A stretch of 63,977 bases of DNA, the filler included, from Thelocarpon superellum (lineage: Eukaryota), in assembly GCA_026025795.1 (NCBI GenBank). It is 12 parts of 12 records of this genome, joined end to end, with 100 filler letters (N's around TTAATTAATTAA, not from the genome) between each part and the next. Parts side by side here need not be neighbours in the genome. Positions count along the whole stretch, not along the records: positions 1 to 5,479 come from JAPEUG010000711.1; positions 5,580 to 11,011 come from JAPEUG010000712.1; positions 11,112 to 16,529 come from JAPEUG010000713.1; 9 more parts are not named here. One strand, given 5' to 3'. Every line of letters begins with the position of its first letter. The stretch's first letter is position 1. A program made the translations under genes and the position numbers. A model generated the notes under the pieces. It saw only the letters and a list, made by a program, of their open reading frames with translations. It did not search any database and had not been told where the DNA came from. This document shows positions 1 through 11,692 of this stretch, one piece after another.

Positions 1-2
1 GC

Positions 3-575
3 TCGGGTGCATCTCAGTCGGGCGCCTACAATCTGGGTACCAGCTCGGGAACCAGTGTATTCGCAGCGTCCAATGCCTCGTCGAGCGGATCTCAAGAGAG
101 CAAGAATGTGATCGTGCAGAGTAACAAAATGCCCATCATGACCAACACGACCAGTACGGTCAACAACGTCAACATCGGCGCGCCGGTCACGAACACCATC
201 AACAACATCAATGCATCCATCGCCAGTACAACCGTCAATGTCAATACCAACCTCACTACCAACCTCACCACCAGTGACCCGCCCAGCCAGGCCGCCAATC
301 TGTCCACCAGTGACCCCGCCAGTCAGGCTGCCAATCCCACCAGTGATCCACCCAGCCAGGCTAGCAACGGACCTCTTTGGCAACCTGATCCGGTGACGGC
401 GACAGATGACAGTCCTGTGGATTTGGGCGGAAACGCTAAGCTGGTCGTCGGCGGCTACAACACAACCATCGAGACCAACCGCACTTGGACTTACCACTTC
501 CACAACAGCACCAACTCGACCGGCCCACCTACATGGGTGCACGCGAACCGGGCTCGTCTGCGCCGCCGATCATAG
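3..575 (+). CDS. 3' part of Ser/Thr/Asn-rich hypothetical protein (5' truncated by window edge)
   Basis: Frame open from position 3 (SGASQSGAYNLG...) to TAG at 573-575; GC3-biased codons; three TSDP(P/A)SQA(A/S)N repeats at about 270-368; many N-x-S/T sequons. Confidence 0.6.
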   Translation, partial: SGASQSGAYNLGTSSGTSVFAASNASSSGSQESKNVIVQSNKMPIMTNTTSTVNNVNIGAPVTNTINNINASIASTTVNVNTNLTTNLTTSDPPSQAANLSTSDPASQAANPTSDPPSQASNGPLWQPDPVTATDDSPVDLGGNAKLVVGGYNTTIETNRTWTYHFHNSTNSTGPPTWVHANRARLRRRS

Positions 576-1189
576 ACGGTTCATGAAGCTCTGCCATCAT
601 TAGCTTTTCGTTTCTTCGCTCTTGCTATGTGCCTAAGCCTTTGCTCTTTCTAGCCCAAGCATCTGTCTTCCTGGTGCGTCATCTCTGTGCATGGTAGATG
701 GGGTCGTATCTTTCTCATGAATGGCGCCACCGTCGCCTCCGTCCCACCCGTCAAGTGAGCTCTCTGTAGGCATAGTGCTGGGCCCAGACCTAGGGGGAGA
801 GGGTTCCACTCTCATCGTGTGTCTTATGTAAGCAGCCTCGGTGATTCGCCTGCTTTGGGACGTGCACAATCCGATTGTCGGACTACATGCGGGGCCGTCC
901 GGCAGTTCGTTGCCCAAACGGGAAATCCCTTTCACAGGCTGGATCGAGAAGTGAAGGGCACGTGCCATCAATGTCTTTCAAGGCTGGAGTCCTCCCGACC
1001 TACTCATAGCTGTGTGGTCCTGAAGACGTCCAGATTCATGCTTCCACTAGACCGCTACCTCAATTCGCGACACGGTCGGTCCTAAAGATCGTCGTCGAGC
1101 ATTGCCACGGCGGGTTCGGACCAACCTTGTTCGCTGTCACGTCCGTTTCCTTCATCTCGTTGTGGGGTGTCCGCCGAGAGGAGGAGATC

Positions 1190-2863
1190 ATGGCTGGCCA
1201 GGTCCCCACATACCATTCCCTGTCCGAGATCTATCCGGCAGAAGCTCTCCCAGTCCAGCAGCGACGGTGGGATAATCTGCAGGCCTCATTTCAAGAGCAA
1301 TATGGCAGTGCCGCGGGATTTGTCTCGCGAAGTCCGGGACGGGTCAACATCATTGGAGAGGTTCGATCCCAGTGGTGCCTGGCAACCCGACCTTGACCGG
1401 GCCGAGGCTAATCACCGGAGGCAGCATATCGACTACTCGCTCTACGAGGTCTTGCCTATGGGCGTGACGGCGGACCTGCTCGTGGCCGTCGCTGTGCACG
1501 CTCATCCTGCCGAGTCTCTTGCAAAGATCCGCATCGCCAACGTGAGCTCCTCGAACTTTCCGAGACGTGAATTTGCGATCCCGGCCGATGGGGATATCAC
1601 GATTGACGCGACCTCTCATGAGTGGGCCAATTACTTTCGTGCCGGCCTCCAAGGGGCGGTGAGTTTGCTGCGAAAGAAGCGGAAGGATCCCGCCTTGGTC
1701 CCGGTCGGTATGGACCTCTTAGTTGATGGCAGCGTACCCAGTGGCGGCGGCCTCTCGAGCAGTGCCGCGTTTGTGTGTGCCAGCGCCCTGGCGGTGCTGC
1801 GTGCGAATGGGGAAGAGGCCGTGGACAAGACGGAATTGGTCGAGCTCGCGGTGGTGTCTGAACGAGCCGTGGGGGTGCATTCGGGCGGGTCCGTCTCCGG
1901 CGTCCAGCCCGCTCCGAATCATGGCGCTGACCTAATCTCTACCGTAGCATGGATCAGGCGGCCTCCGTCCTCGCCCTGCGGGACAATGCCCTCTACGTCT
2001 CCTTCCAGCCCTCGCTCACCGCCCGGGCTATTCGCTTTCCCACGACGAGTCCTGAGATGACCTTTCTGATCGCGCAGAGCTTCGTCGCTGCCGACAAGCA
2101 CGTCACGGCACCCGTGTGCTACAATCTACGCGTCGTCGAGGTCTCCCTTGCAGCCGAGGTGCTGGCCAAGAAGCTGGGCCTGACTCGATCCCTCCCGAAG
2201 GATGCCGGGCCCCTGAACGTGAGTTTACGAGGATTGCAAGACACCTTCTACGAGGAGAAAGGAGGCGTCGCGAGCAACGGGGAGACGTCGACGCAAGAGT
2301 TTCGGAAGCAGCTGGAACAACTCGTGCAGTTGACCAAGGATCATCTGGTGGAAGACGGATATACACGAGAAGAAGTCAGCGCGATCCTGGGCATGACCGT
2401 GGAGGAGCTGAACAAGCGATACATGTCGAAGTTCTCTGTGCGAGCGGAGCGCTTTCTCCTGCGCCAACGCGCTCTCCACGTCTTCACGGAAGCCATCCGC
2501 GTGCTGAGATTCATGGCCGTGCTAGAAGCGCCGTCCGACCCGTCCTCCAACCTCGCCAAGGCCCTGGGCTCCATCATGAACGAGACACAGCAATCGTGTC
2601 GCGACCTGTACGACTGCAGCTGTCCGGAGCTGGACGAGCTGTGCCAGCTGGCGCTGGGTGCCGGGGCATACGGGAGTCGCCTGACAGGCGCCGGATGGGG
2701 CGGGTGCTGCGTACATCTCGTGCCGGAAGACCGGGTCGAAGCCGTCATGCAGACGTGGGAGCGCGAATACTACCGCAAGAAGTTCCCCGATATCACGGCC
2801 GAGACACTGGCCGAGGCGGTCGTGGTGAGTAAGCCGGGCAGCGGCAGCTCTGTATTCATCTAG
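1190..2863 (+). CDS. GAL1: Galactokinase (GHMP kinase), 3 exons: 1190-1360, 1425-1888, 1948-2863
   Basis: RSPGRVNIIGE|HIDY signature, PSGGGLSSSAAF ATP-binding motif, GG|MDQ, GSRLTGAGWGG; GT..AG introns with GCTAAT/GCTGAC branch sites. Confidence 0.96.
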
Positions 2864-3300
2864 CTTGGCTGGGGGTGGGGGACGTGAGGCGTGAGGCGGC
2901 CCAGTGCAAATCAACAGAATAGATGAAGCCAGCTGATAAGCGACTGACCGACGCACGCTCTCTTCTCCCTTTCTTCTTCCAGGTGGACCAAGTCTCGTCG
3001 TGAAAGAGATGGGTAGATGTTAGCTGCATGTCTGGTCCACGTGCCTTATGAGAGTACACAGATGATGCCTTCTACACAGCCAAGCGCGTGTGCATACTCG
3101 CCTACACCTACACCTAGACGCGTCCCTACCTCCCCTTCTTCCTCCGGTCTTCCTCCCGTCTTCCGCCTCCCATCTCCTCTTGTCTCCGTCTCTCCGTCTG
3201 CGGTCCTACATGATGATCGAGAAGTGCAAGGCAAGGTCACATAGACGTACCGTACGACTAACGTCGGGGGAGAATTGAAAAAAAGTAGTTGTAGTGGCAC

Positions 3301-3597
3301 TGACAGCGACAGCGACAGTAACAGTGGCAGTGACAGTGACAGTGGCGGTAGGGGAGAGACAAGGACAAGGACAACCCCACATACAATGCGGTGGTGGCGG
3401 TGGCGGTGGCGGTGGCAGGCAAACGTAGAGGGGCAAGGTGGTCAGGATAAAATATAGCAGGTACCAGGCACCAGGTGTAGGCGACAGGTGATAGGTGACC
3501 GATGAAAATGACGCTGGCCAGGGACGGGGGGAATAAGATGGACACGAAATGCTCCATCATCCCATCATCCCATCATCCCATCATCCCATCATCCCAT
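3301..3597. repeat. Cluster of simple repeats: (GACAGY)n, (GGTGGC)n, (CCCATCAT)n between convergent GAL1 and NST1 3' ends
   Basis: Direct reading of sequence. Confidence 0.85.
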
Positions 3598-3658
3598 GTC
3601 TCCTCTTCCCGTCTTCCCATGTCCCTGTCGTCGCTCCATCCCGTTTCTCACGTCACGC

Positions 3659-5445
3659 CTAAGACCCAGACGACGGCGACGTCACCCCTGATGCAGGCTG
3701 GAAGGGTCGGGCTCCTCCAAACGGAGGGATCGTTCCACTCAGCGGAGACCCAATCTCACCGGGCGCGAGGCTCCCACGGGTCGAGCCCGGCGTGTTTCCA
3801 TCCTGCTCATGCTTGACGTACGTCTTCCCCGGCCCGTCGTGCTTGACGGTGAAGTAGCCTCCGCCATTGTGCGCGTCTCCCTCCGTCTCGCAGATGTCCA
3901 GCAGCTCCTGTGGCGTCACTTGGCCTTCGCCCGCCGGTCGGATCTGGTCGACCTGATGCAGAAGTGTGCTGACCTCGTGAAAGACGTCGCCCGGCTTTTT
4001 GAGGCCCGCCAACTGCTTGCACGCCTGGCAGATCAAGAGTCGAACGGTCACTGGGCGCGACAGCGTGGGTCGATGCGGGCCACCGATGATGCCGTACGAG
4101 CTGGTGCTGGCCCAGGCGGCACCATCCTCCGTCGCCAGTTGAGGGCGTCGCGGCGCAGCGGGGCCGAAGAAGCTACCAGGGTTGTTGGTCCAGGTCGTTG
4201 TGCTCGGGAGGCCAGGCGCGCCAAAGGGCAGGTGGGGGGTGCCCCAATTGTCACCCGCGGCCGGTGGGTTCCCCAGCGTCGCGCCGTCCATCTTGCCTTC
4301 TATCCCGACGTTAGCACGGCCAGGCGCGCGGTCGAGGTCGGACGTACGGCCAATGGAAGGCGTGAACATGGACGGACCGAAACTGAACCGCGATCGCGTC
4401 GTCGGCGGTCCTGGAAGGCCGGGTGCCGCGCTGCCCCGCCGATGCGCCGCCGCGTCGGCAGGAAAGGCATCATCGGTGTCGTCGAGGAGCGCGCTGCTGC
4501 CCAGATGACTGCTGAGATCGTCCATGTCCGATTGCGATGGCCAGTGGAGCTCATCAGGCCGGGGGCGCTGGATCGGCGTCGGTCGTGCGATAGGCTGCGT
4601 CTGCGACACCGGTCCGGCCACGTCAAAGGTCGTCGGGTCAAAGGAGGCTGACTGCTGCCGCGAGTGCGTCGGCATGGTCGCCCGCGGTGCATTGAAGGAC
4701 GCCATCCCTACGCTCGACCCCATCGGCCCGGCGGCCGTCGGCTGCGACAGCGGTGAGGTCTCGTCCGCGTATATCCCCCGCGCCGGGGGCGCCGTTCGGA
4801 CCGCACTCGAACCCGCGTGGGCCATGGACACCGTGCTCGGGTGGAAGGGAGCGGCGGTGGGAGAGGAAAAGGCGCGCGAGGACGGGCCGGACGTGGGCGG
4901 CGCGTGGGCATAGGTCGACATGTCGTGGCTCACCGAGGCGCGTTGCGTCAACGGAGGAGCCATGGGCGCCTGAGACGAGGGCAGGTGGCTGTGGGCCAAC
5001 GAGGGCAAGCCCGGAAATCCGGTGGTCGATGGGAGCGGCATGCCCGGTGGCGAAACTATGGCCGCCGGCGCCACCGGTGCCAGTATCGTGGACGTGGGAT
5101 GACCGGTCGCCTTCCCGGGCGGACCGACCGGGCCGGGACTTTGCTGCGGCAGAGCGGCGGAGCCCGGCGATAGGGTTTGCCCGGCTCCCGCCGCGACGTG
5201 GGGCGTCCGCGGCGACGACCCAACGGAGCCTTGCTGAGACGCTTGCCGGGGTCGGATTGGTGCGGGCGCCTTGGGAATCGCCGGCGTCGTAATCTGCAGA
5301 TGAGGTGACGGTGTAGTGGGGGCAAAGGCCGGCGTCGGCAATCCCGGCGGAGCGGACATGGGCGGAGCGGGGCCGGAGCGTTTGGGGAGTGTGGCTGCGG
5401 GCTGCGATGGCGGGTGTGATTGGGCGTGGGCGTGGGCGTGGGCAG

Positions 5446-5479
<34 letters not shown>
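3659..5479 (-). CDS. NST1: C-terminal part of stress-response protein Nst1-like (Pro-rich; 5' part lost at contig end; probably 1-2 introns near 4125-4350)
   Basis: HLGSSALLDD and RLLICQACKQL...LLDICETEGDAHNGGGYF motifs recalled from Pezizomycotina Nst1 C-termini; frame open to contig end, where it reads AHAHAHAHAHAPAHAHAHA. Confidence 0.75.
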
Positions 5480-5579
5480 NNNNNNNNNNNNNNNNNNNNN
5501 NNNNNNNNNNNNNNNNNNNNNNNTTAATTAATTAANNNNNNNNNNNNNNNNNNNNNNNNNNNNNNNNNNNNNNNNNNNN
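5480..5579. other. Artificial contig spacer N44-TTAATTAATTAA-N44
   Basis: 100 bp, six-frame stop linker, identical at 11 sites. Confidence 0.99.
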
Positions 5580-7439
5580 GACAATAGGTGAAAGTATAAT
5601 GCGTAGGCGAAAGTCAAGCCCCGTTCCACGGCCAGTGAACCTTTCGGGGAGATCAAACGTACCCAACCTCGGCGCGCGAGTGCGTGGGAGCTACGTGCGC
5701 GGGAGCTGCTCACGCTCGTGCGCGCGTGCTCGTGGGGCAGGCCGTACCTGTGGCTTCCCCGGCGTGACGACCGGAGCGATGACGGAGAGGGGAATCGGGG
5801 GCGTGCGCGGCCGACGCAATCATGGGCCGGGAGAGGGTGGGCGGTGGGCACGTCGGCGATTCATATACGAGCGAGTGCGTCAAGCACCCACACACGCGCG
5901 CCTTCACGCACACACACACCCAGGCCCACCGACACTACTGATGAACAGGCAGGACGCCGCTCTGGCCGGGTAACGGGTGGCCGGCAAGGAAAATGGCACG
6001 AGAGTAGGAGCGCAAGGACGAATCTCGCCTCGATCACGCTCGTGCGGCCGGAGGATGGAGTGGACTCGCGCGCTGCTGGAGGGAAGAGGAGGCAGGTCGG
6101 AAGACCCTGGGGCCAGTACCTGCCCCGAGCGTCGAGGGTGCGATGATCGGAGGTGGCCTCTCGTTGGCCGGCTTGTGGACCAATCGTCCGTGCGTCGAGG
6201 CACTCAAAAGAGCAGCTCGAGGGGACAAGGAACTGGGGGGAGGCCCTACACCACTTGTTCACGATAGGCCCAGTCGTTCGGCCCACGACGGAGGCCTCCT
6301 CGAACGAGCCCAGGACGAGCCGCGATGGGGGCGCGGGGGGCCAGTGGGGCCGATGGCTTGGACCGGACCATGGGCCAGGCATTAACGTCAAAGAGGCAAC
6401 GCTCGTCCGCCAGGGCCAGCCGAGGCAGGCGGGCAGGCGGGCAGGCAGCTGGACGCAGCACACTGAACGCCCGGGGCGAGCGCGGGCGCGAGTCCGCGCT
6501 GCTGCTGCCCTGCTACATACGATCCAACGATCCAGCGAGGGTGTTCCAGGCGCGGTAGGGCAAGGGGCCAACGGGGGGAGGGGCGGAGGGGGCGTTAGGC
6601 TGGGGGCGTGGAAGCGCGGTCGGGTGGGAAGAGCGAGGGGCCCAGGGTAAGGAGGAGAACTGGGCGAGGGAAAGGCGGATGAACGGCGCAGAGCGAACGG
6701 GTAACCGGAGAGGGTCGGGAGCAGGAAGAGCAGTAACTAAACCAAGTCGGTCCACCGATCCCACTGATCCACACCACTCAGTGGGACCGCTGGGCAAGTA
6801 GTGAAACGCGTTCGCGTATGGAGTAGTTCCAGCGCAATCCCCTCCCACGGAGACGCCTTCGGGGGATCATCCGACGGGCACATCGCGCACAGGCGCCGCG
6901 CACATCCACCACGCCGGTTGGAGAACGCATTATTCTGTCCGCCAGGACGTTCGGTGCCGCAAGTGAGGGCGTCGCCCGTTGGCGCGACACTCGAGATGCG
7001 ACGAGGAAGCTAGTCCCACCACGCCTGCCAAGCCCAAGCCATCTCCCTTACCCCTGTCCGTCGCTCTCTCTCCCTCGCCGGATGTGTTCTTTTCAACGCG
7101 CGACGATGGCGGGAGGAGGAGCGCGGCCAGGCTGCAACAGTCCCGTCGCCGATGCGCGGCGAACAGAACGCAACTGCCGCGACCAGATGGATTTGTCCAG
7201 GACGTCCTCATCCCATCGCGGCATGTCATCTGGGCGAGAAATTGTCAGGCACGTTGCGCACGGTCGCTCCAGATGTCTCATTCCCCACCGTTCGGACAGC
7301 CGTCCCCGTAGTTGCGGGCAGGCTTCATCCCAATAGCGTCCGCACGTTTAGCACAACCCATCGAACTTCATTGGCGTACGAAGATCATATGGGATAGTAG
7401 AGTCGGAAGATGGCGTACGATACCACACGACTACTGCGT

Positions 7440-7480
7440 CTAGCCATTCTAGCCATTCTAGCCATCTAGCCATTCTAGCC
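7440..7480. repeat. Tandem repeat (CTAGCCATT) about 4.5 copies
   Basis: ctagccattctagccattctagccatctagccattctagcc. Confidence 0.85.
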
Positions 7481-10400
7481 GTACGGTCATTCAAGTGCGT
7501 TGGGAGTGGTCCCCGTCGGATGGTAAGTGCCGGGGAGACGGACGGGGTCCGACCCAACGCGCTGGGGTAGACGTAGTGCCGACGCCACCGGTACGCCCTC
7601 GACCAATGGTCTCTCCAGGCGTGCGTGTTGTCGACTGCCTCCCTCTGGCCCTGGGCATGGTAAATGACCCGGGTGTGGGGCCCGCGCGACCAGGCTTAGA
7701 GCGTGGCGCCGTGGGGAGTCCCCAGCTCCACGACGAAATCACCTCGCTCTCGACGTGGCCAAAGCCAGCTAAGGTTCATGATGCGGATCGAGGAAAGGTC
7801 AATGGCATTTGGACGTCTGAAGGGAGGATGGTGCGGTCGGATGGATAAGCTCTCGTCAAATCAAGGCTAAAGAAAAGCGATGACGATTGGGACAACAGCG
7901 CGTGCACGCGCGCAGGAGTCGAGGGTCGAGACTGACGATTCGACCGTCCTCTTGGCGATTGTTGGCAAGGTCGGACGCACTGACGGGTGCGAGTACTCGG
8001 ATGGAAGGCTCGACGACCACTCCCGACGCTGGCCGGGCAGAGGGAGGACCCGCACCGACACGGCTGAGGAAGTGCATTTTCCGCGCTCATGCACGTAGCG
8101 CGCTGCACGAACACTGGGGGAGCATGAGAACGTGGTCCCCGTCAGACGTGGTGCGCCGCGGCGACCGGGTCAGTGGCGCTGGCGCCCCCATGCCCGGGGC
8201 CCCCTGCCAGCGGCGCTGGTGCCTCGTTGGTCATGGGACGGGAGGAGGAGAGAGGTGCGGCAAGGTTGCGGTGCCTTCTGGAAATAGTGGGAGAAGCGAG
8301 GGAAAATCGACCTAGTGCTCTCTGCCGATGGGCATCGTCTAGGCTCCGTCCGCCGGCCCTCTTCACTGCTCAACTCGGCCGGATCTGGTCACGCTTCAGC
8401 CGTGTACGAGGACGAGTACAGTCAACAGCGCGCTCTGAAAGGGTCGTCCCGCCGCGCAGGCGTTGGTCTACATGTGGATGTCGATGCACTGCGAACCCCT
8501 GTCTACCGGCCACTGTGCAGCGGCACACGACCACCGTATGTATGGTCGGTGCGCCGTCGGTCGCGCCGTGGCGATGGGGACTGGTGTCAACAGCGGATCC
8601 CTCGGCGCCAGGCGCGTGTCGGGAACGGCATCGAAGCTCTGGCATCAGGCCCGCCAGTCGGATGCTTCGACGGGTCGCGAATCGGGTCCCACGTCGAGCA
8701 CTGAAAGCAGACTTTGTGGCCTTATAAGTGGTCATATGGTGCCTATCAACTGCTACTACTACTTTACTACTACTAGTAATAGTAAGTAGTTGTCTCTGGT
8801 ACTTGCGTTATATCATAGTCGCAGGTATTTATCGTATAGCCTCTCCGCAGTCGTGGGAGGAGCTTCTGGTCGGCGGGTTACAAGACCTTCGTCGCTACCG
8901 CATTGCGTCACTCCTGCTGACAGTGGCTTGGGTGTGCGAAGGGGGGAAAAAGGAAAAATGGTGCGGTGCAGCGTGCGAGACGGTAGGGGCCCTGCTTCTA
9001 GCGGATGACCGTAACCTGGTTCACGTCGCTAAGTTAAAGCACGAAGATCACTCGAACCTTGTGTCGCTGGAGGGCCAGTCCCTCACCCCTCCGACCAGGA
9101 AGGGCCAAACTCAGTTGACGCTGCAAACTCAACGTCAGCCTCTTATTTTTCAACGACCATCGGTCATGCTGGATCGTATATGAAGAGGGAGACTTCCGTC
9201 TGGGCTTCGGCTGCGATGATATCCATCAGCGGCCGACGGGCTCTGACATTCGAAGGAAGCGAGAAGTGTAGAGTGGCGCGGAACGATGGTGCATGCACAT
9301 GGCTGCCGGCCACGCACACATGCCCACTATGACCGCATCGTGCTGGCCGTTGCGGGACTTTGAATCACGGGACGATCGTCGATGGGCTCGCCAGTCGGCG
9401 ACTTGTTTGGCCTCACGACGGTCGATCATTCGCCCGGATTGCCTCTTCGTTGCTGGCCGCTTGTGCGTCCAGCCGCAGGAGCTGTGCGAGTATGGACAAG
9501 TGGTCCATCGCGGTCTTATCAGCATCCGGCGTGGACCACATTCGTCCGCTGCATCTAAGCTACTTCCCGTCGTCCCGCCACTTTCTCCGATAACGCATCA
9601 TGCGCTACTCGTCGCCATCGGGGCCAGTCCTGATGCTTCTCTCGTGGCCGTCATGATCTCGGTCGTAGTGCGTGCGTGTCTCCTGCCGCCACAACCCGTG
9701 GGGACGAGCCCCAGCGATCCTTTGGGAAAGGTGCCATGATGAGTCGGTGAGCCACTTCTGGCTCGTGAACGGCTCGACCTTCTTCGTCGACGCGGTGACG
9801 CTATCCGTACAGGGAGCGGCTGTGCTGCGTTTGCTGCGGACACGACACGCCGAGGGAGCTGTGGAGAGTCGAGAGGGGAAGGGAGGTGCTGGGTGCGGTA
9901 GAAAATGCGGCATTCAGGCCGACGGATGGGTCTCTGGAGGAGAGGGCTTCACTCGTCCTTGCGACTAGGCGGAGGGGCTTAGCGAGCGACCGGGAGCTGC
10001 TCCGACAACACACACGACACTCGACACGTACGATCTGATGGCTCCGGTCGCAAACTGCCTGTGCGTAAAAGATTTGGTCTTGACGATCGTCCGTGACGTC
10101 CCATGCTCATCGTCCGTCCCACTAAGAGAGAGAGGCAAGGTCCAGCCTGTTCACTTCCTGAGCCGACGTGATGCTGTGGTGGATTCGCAGCCAATGATGC
10201 CGTCGGCTGTCGTGCCCGACGGATCCTGGTCGGGCACGCCTGGAAAAGTAAGGCGGGAAGCGGGCGGTTTCAACCTTCTCCGACGCCACACGGCCACACG
10301 GTCCGTTGCAGCCCGATGCGCCGAGGGCACGGGTGAGCTCGAGTTTCAAGAGGACCGATCAACCTCGATCTGCGCTCGGCATAATTATGATGTTTGCACT

Positions 10401-11011
10401 GCGCAAAATGACGGGGTGACGATCACACAGTTCCTGCTGTGCTCGAGGTCTTGATGCAACACGTAAGCCCGCATGTCCTGTTGATCATTCGGTGGCGTGA
10501 GCAAGCTCAGAGTGACAAGATTCTTGGGGTCTTTGGTTGGGGAATGTGGACATTGCGGGTGAATGGACGACTGGACAAATGGAACTCCCTCAACGTTTCC
10601 ATTCCGGCCACGGTGTAGCAGGCTCAATCCTCTTGACTTTGTAAAAGGCCACAGTGCAGTCAGGTCGCTAGTATGGCGTTCGACCGCATGGAACCGATTG
10701 AAAGATTGAATGGCCCTTTCGGCCTGCTCCAGCCGGTTGGATGATCTGGGTCGTCTAGTCGCTCGACGGGCCCGCGTCACTCACGAGGGGAAGCAGTCAT
10801 CTACGTGGTCCTGGCGTGATTGGGGTCAGCGGCGACCCGTGGCATCCCAGGCTCATTTGAACATCTACCCCTTTGCCTGCACTTCCTTGCCTAGAGAAGA
10901 TTTCATCTCCTACAAGGATGAAAGACTCTGCCTCCAAGTGACATCTTTTCCGACAAGTCGGCACAGATGATTCTTCCCCTCTCCTCCCTTTCCCCCTCCT
11001 CCCTTTCCCCC

Positions 11012-11111
11012 NNNNNNNNNNNNNNNNNNNNNNNNNNNNNNNNNNNNNNNNNNNNTTAATTAATTAANNNNNNNNNNNNNNNNNNNNNNNNNNNNNNNNN
11101 NNNNNNNNNNN
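11012..11111. other. Artificial contig spacer
   Basis: N44-TTAATTAATTAA-N44. Confidence 0.99.
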
Positions 11112-11378
11112 ATGTGCCAATACATCACCAGGCAATACACGTGCACGCACACCGACGGGCTCTCGCTCTACCAGTACTGCAACCAGCTGCGGCGCGAGTT
11201 CGAGCGCATCAACGACCCGATGCAGCGGCGCCACGTGCACGAGCTGCCTTTCTTCCACCCGGCCCGCTGCGATCCCCAGCCCCACAATACCTACGTCGTG
11301 CGTGAGCGCAGCCTCTGTCCCCCCTGTCTGGCGGAGATGGGCCGCTGGCGTTTCAGGGGCTTTGGTGGCTATACGTGA
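11112..11378 (+). CDS. Small Cys/His-containing hypothetical protein (88 aa)
   Basis: Very strong GC3 codon bias; MC-x8-C-x-H ... C ... C ... CxxC pattern; ATG is the first base of the contig, so the 5' end is unverified. Confidence 0.7.
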   Translation: MCQYITRQYTCTHTDGLSLYQYCNQLRREFERINDPMQRRHVHELPFFHPARCDPQPHNTYVVRERSLCPPCLAEMGRWRFRGFGGYT

Positions 11379-11692
11379 TGGCGAGGACGCCGGCACCTGC
11401 AACGAAGCATGGCCGTGAGCTACGAGTACATCTTTGATTGCGAGCGTGGAGTTGCTGTATCCTAACAGGAAATGCTTCGCTACCTCATCTCAACATGAAT
11501 CCCTCTTGACCGGACCTGAACCCTTTTCGACCGTCGTGATTGTCCCCGTAGACACCCTCGCCCCTTCCGTTCCAGTAATAGTACGTAGCCATGCGAGGGC
11601 AGGCCAGAAAAAGCACTGATGCCCGCAAAACGAGCGAGTCTGAAAAGATCACAAAGCCCAAGATCAAGACCAAGCGCAAGAGTGGAATACAT

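Noticed and set aside
600..2863. GAL gene cluster or Gal4 site near GAL1
   Set aside because: No GAL7/GAL10 on the contig and I saw no CGG-N11-CCG in the proximal upstream region.
10604..10700. tRNA-like sequence with GTTCGAC T-loop-like motif
   Set aside because: T stem needs a bulge and I could not build acceptor or D stems; tRNAscan-SE would settle it.
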